This document shows, piece after piece, positions 62,243 to 64,000 of a stretch of 64,000 bases of DNA. Origin of the DNA: Nitrospirota bacterium (GTDB taxonomy: Bacteria; Nitrospirota; Nitrospiria; Nitrospirales; NS-4); NCBI GenBank assembly GCA_963788195.1, contig CAWBGA010000017.1:512001-576000 (forward strand). Reading direction: 5' to 3'. The notes under the pieces are model-generated. The model made no database searches and was not told the origin of the DNA. It was given only the letters and a program-made list of their open reading frames with translations. A program made the position numbers and the translations under genes. The stretch's first letter is position 1. The number at the start of each line of letters is the position of its first letter.

Positions 62243-63022
62243 GTGGCTGCTGCCATCATCCGCATCGAAGATCTGCTCAAAGGGTATGTCTTTACAACCC
62301 AACAGTTCGCGCATCTGACCTGGCTCGCCGTCGCGGGAATCTTTCGCAAGCCCTCATACGTGCAGGAAACCTTCTATTACATGGACCACATTGGGGTCGG
62401 CTCGCTGTTCATTTTGGCGCTGACCGGCCTGTTCACCGGCATGGTACTCACGCTGCAAGGAGCGATCCAGCTCCAACCGTTTGGCGCAGTGCCCTATGTC
62501 TCTCGGCTGGTCAGTACCTCCGTGGTCCGCGAACTCGGCCCAGTGCTGGCGGCGCTGATGCTCGCCGGCCGCGTCGGCACCGGGATCGCTTCCGAACTAG
62601 CCTCCATGCAGGTCACCGAGCAGATCGATGCCTTGCGGGCCGAGGGGACGGATCCGATTAAGAAGCTGGTGACCCCGCGCTTGGTGGCAACGCTGCTGAT
62701 GGTGCCGGTCCTGACGATCATCACGGACGGGATCGCCATGGCGGGCGGCTATCTGATCGCTCGTCTGTATCTGAGTATCGACTCGTTTTTTTATTGGACC
62801 TGGGCGTTCGAGGCCCTTCGCCCGACGGATCTTGTCTATGGCGTGATCAAGCCGCTGGTCTTCGGGTACATCATTTGTATGGTCGGTTGTTATGCGGGGC
62901 TGACGACCACGGGTGGAACCGTGGGCGTGGGACGCTCCACCACACAAGCCATGGTGACGTCGTCAATCCTGATCCTGATGTCGGATTTTTTCATGACCAA
63001 GCTGTTTATTTATTTGGGCTGA
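62243..63022 (+). CDS. mlaE: MlaE family ABC permease
   Basis: VVRELGPVLAALMLAGRVGTGIASELASMQVTEQIDAL, VGRSTTQAMV. Confidence 0.93.
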   Translation: MAAAIIRIEDLLKGYVFTTQQFAHLTWLAVAGIFRKPSYVQETFYYMDHIGVGSLFILALTGLFTGMVLTLQGAIQLQPFGAVPYVSRLVSTSVVRELGPVLAALMLAGRVGTGIASELASMQVTEQIDALRAEGTDPIKKLVTPRLVATLLMVPVLTIITDGIAMAGGYLIARLYLSIDSFFYWTWAFEALRPTDLVYGVIKPLVFGYIICMVGCYAGLTTTGGTVGVGRSTTQAMVTSSILILMSDFFMTKLFIYLG

Positions 63023-63076
63023 CGGTAGATCCTGTGGTGTACCGTGGATCATGAGCGAGGTTGAGGTTGTAGCGCA

Positions 63077-63883
63077 ATGATCGAATTTAAGAACGTTTCG
63101 CTGAGCATCGACGACCGCCAGATCTTAAAAAACATCTCGATGAAGGTGTTGCCCGCTAACACGATGGTCATCGTCGGGGGCAGCGGGTCCGGGAAGACCA
63201 CCACTCTTCGTCTGATCCTGGGCCTCATCCGTCCGGACTCCGGCCAAATCCTCATCGACGGTCAGGACATCACCAGGCTTGAGGAAGAAGAAATGGTCCC
63301 CATACGGGCCAAGATGGCTTTGGTATTTCAGGGCTCTGCCCTTTTTGATTCACTAAGCGTCGGCGAGAACGTCGGCTACCGCCTGTGGGAGCAGGGTCTT
63401 CTGGACGAAGAAACGATCGAGCTGAAGGTGATGGAGAGCCTTCGGTTTGTGGGCCTTGATGATATTGTCGATCATATGCCGGCCGAACTCAGCGGCGGCA
63501 TGAAAAAGCGGGTGGCGATCGCCCGGGCGCTGGCCAGCGGCCCGGAAGTCATCCTGTTCGACGAGCCCACGGCCGGATTGGACCCGGTCAACACCTACAT
63601 TATCAAGGAGCTCATCTGTCGGCTGCACACCAAGGAGCATGTGACACAGATCGTTGTAACCCACGATATCGAGACGGCATATCGCGTGGCCGATCACTTG
63701 ATTATGATTCAACTCGGCGAGGAAGTCTTTCACGGCACCCTCGACGAGCTGAAGGCTTCTACGGACCAGCGTATCCAGGCCTTCCTGCACCCTGAGGCAA
63801 TATTGACAACGACTGCCTGTCTTGCGCACAAAGACGAAAATTTTGGGATTGCCCCCGAAAAATTGAAGGAACTACCGAGGTGA
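63077..63883 (+). CDS. mlaF: MlaF family ABC ATP-binding protein
   Basis: GGSGSGKTT, FQGSALFDSL, ELSGGMKKRVAIARAL, DEPTAGLDP. Confidence 0.93.
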   Translation: MIEFKNVSLSIDDRQILKNISMKVLPANTMVIVGGSGSGKTTTLRLILGLIRPDSGQILIDGQDITRLEEEEMVPIRAKMALVFQGSALFDSLSVGENVGYRLWEQGLLDEETIELKVMESLRFVGLDDIVDHMPAELSGGMKKRVAIARALASGPEVILFDEPTAGLDPVNTYIIKELICRLHTKEHVTQIVVTHDIETAYRVADHLIMIQLGEEVFHGTLDELKASTDQRIQAFLHPEAILTTTACLAHKDENFGIAPEKLKELPR

Positions 63884-64000
63884 GAGACGTCCGGAATCCA
63901 GAAGCTGGTCTCAGCTCAAGGTGGGTCTCGTCATCGTGCTGGCCGTTGTCGGCGTCCTCGCGGCCATTCTGAACTTGGATGAAGGCCTCGGCCTGTTTAC
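63880..64000 (+). CDS. probable MlaD/MCE protein, 5' fragment (start apparently frameshifted)
   Basis: SWSQLKVGLVIVLAVVGVLAAIL TM start directly after mlaF; runs off the window. Confidence 0.55.

Overview
GC-rich bacterial chromosomal window. Gene content and order (arg/lys/dap cluster, purMN, ntrYX-like pair, DUF1844, mazG, potABCD, glgC-DUF4912-GH57, mdtABC, mlaEFD) resemble Nitrospirota; that is an inference, not a database result. It is mostly housekeeping genes, plus one tRNA-Ala(CGC). About 16 genes carry single-base frameshifts, which points to uncorrected long-read errors rather than real decay. No integrase, transposase, cas gene or CRISPR array is visible. The most unusual signal is non-coding: three interlocking families of covarying hairpin repeats. 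(I) A C-rich leader plus variable stem with a constant CC(A/G)AGA loop. (II) A long rod with an invariant GGGY-GR / ACAGG-WCCC asymmetric internal loop, sitting directly behind the stop codons of dapA, ntrX and potC and stacked as an ABABA array at 28.1-28.5 kb. (III) A small ACCCSTTGC..GCAASGGGT module found inside both. They nest inside each other and bracket the tRNA. Also notable: a B12-radical-SAM/STAS fusion inside the lysine cluster, a stand-alone MshEN gene splitting the pot operon, an Slp-like protein with a Pro/Arg repeat tail, a sigma54-type promoter on an orphan HTH gene, and many probably leaderless genes.
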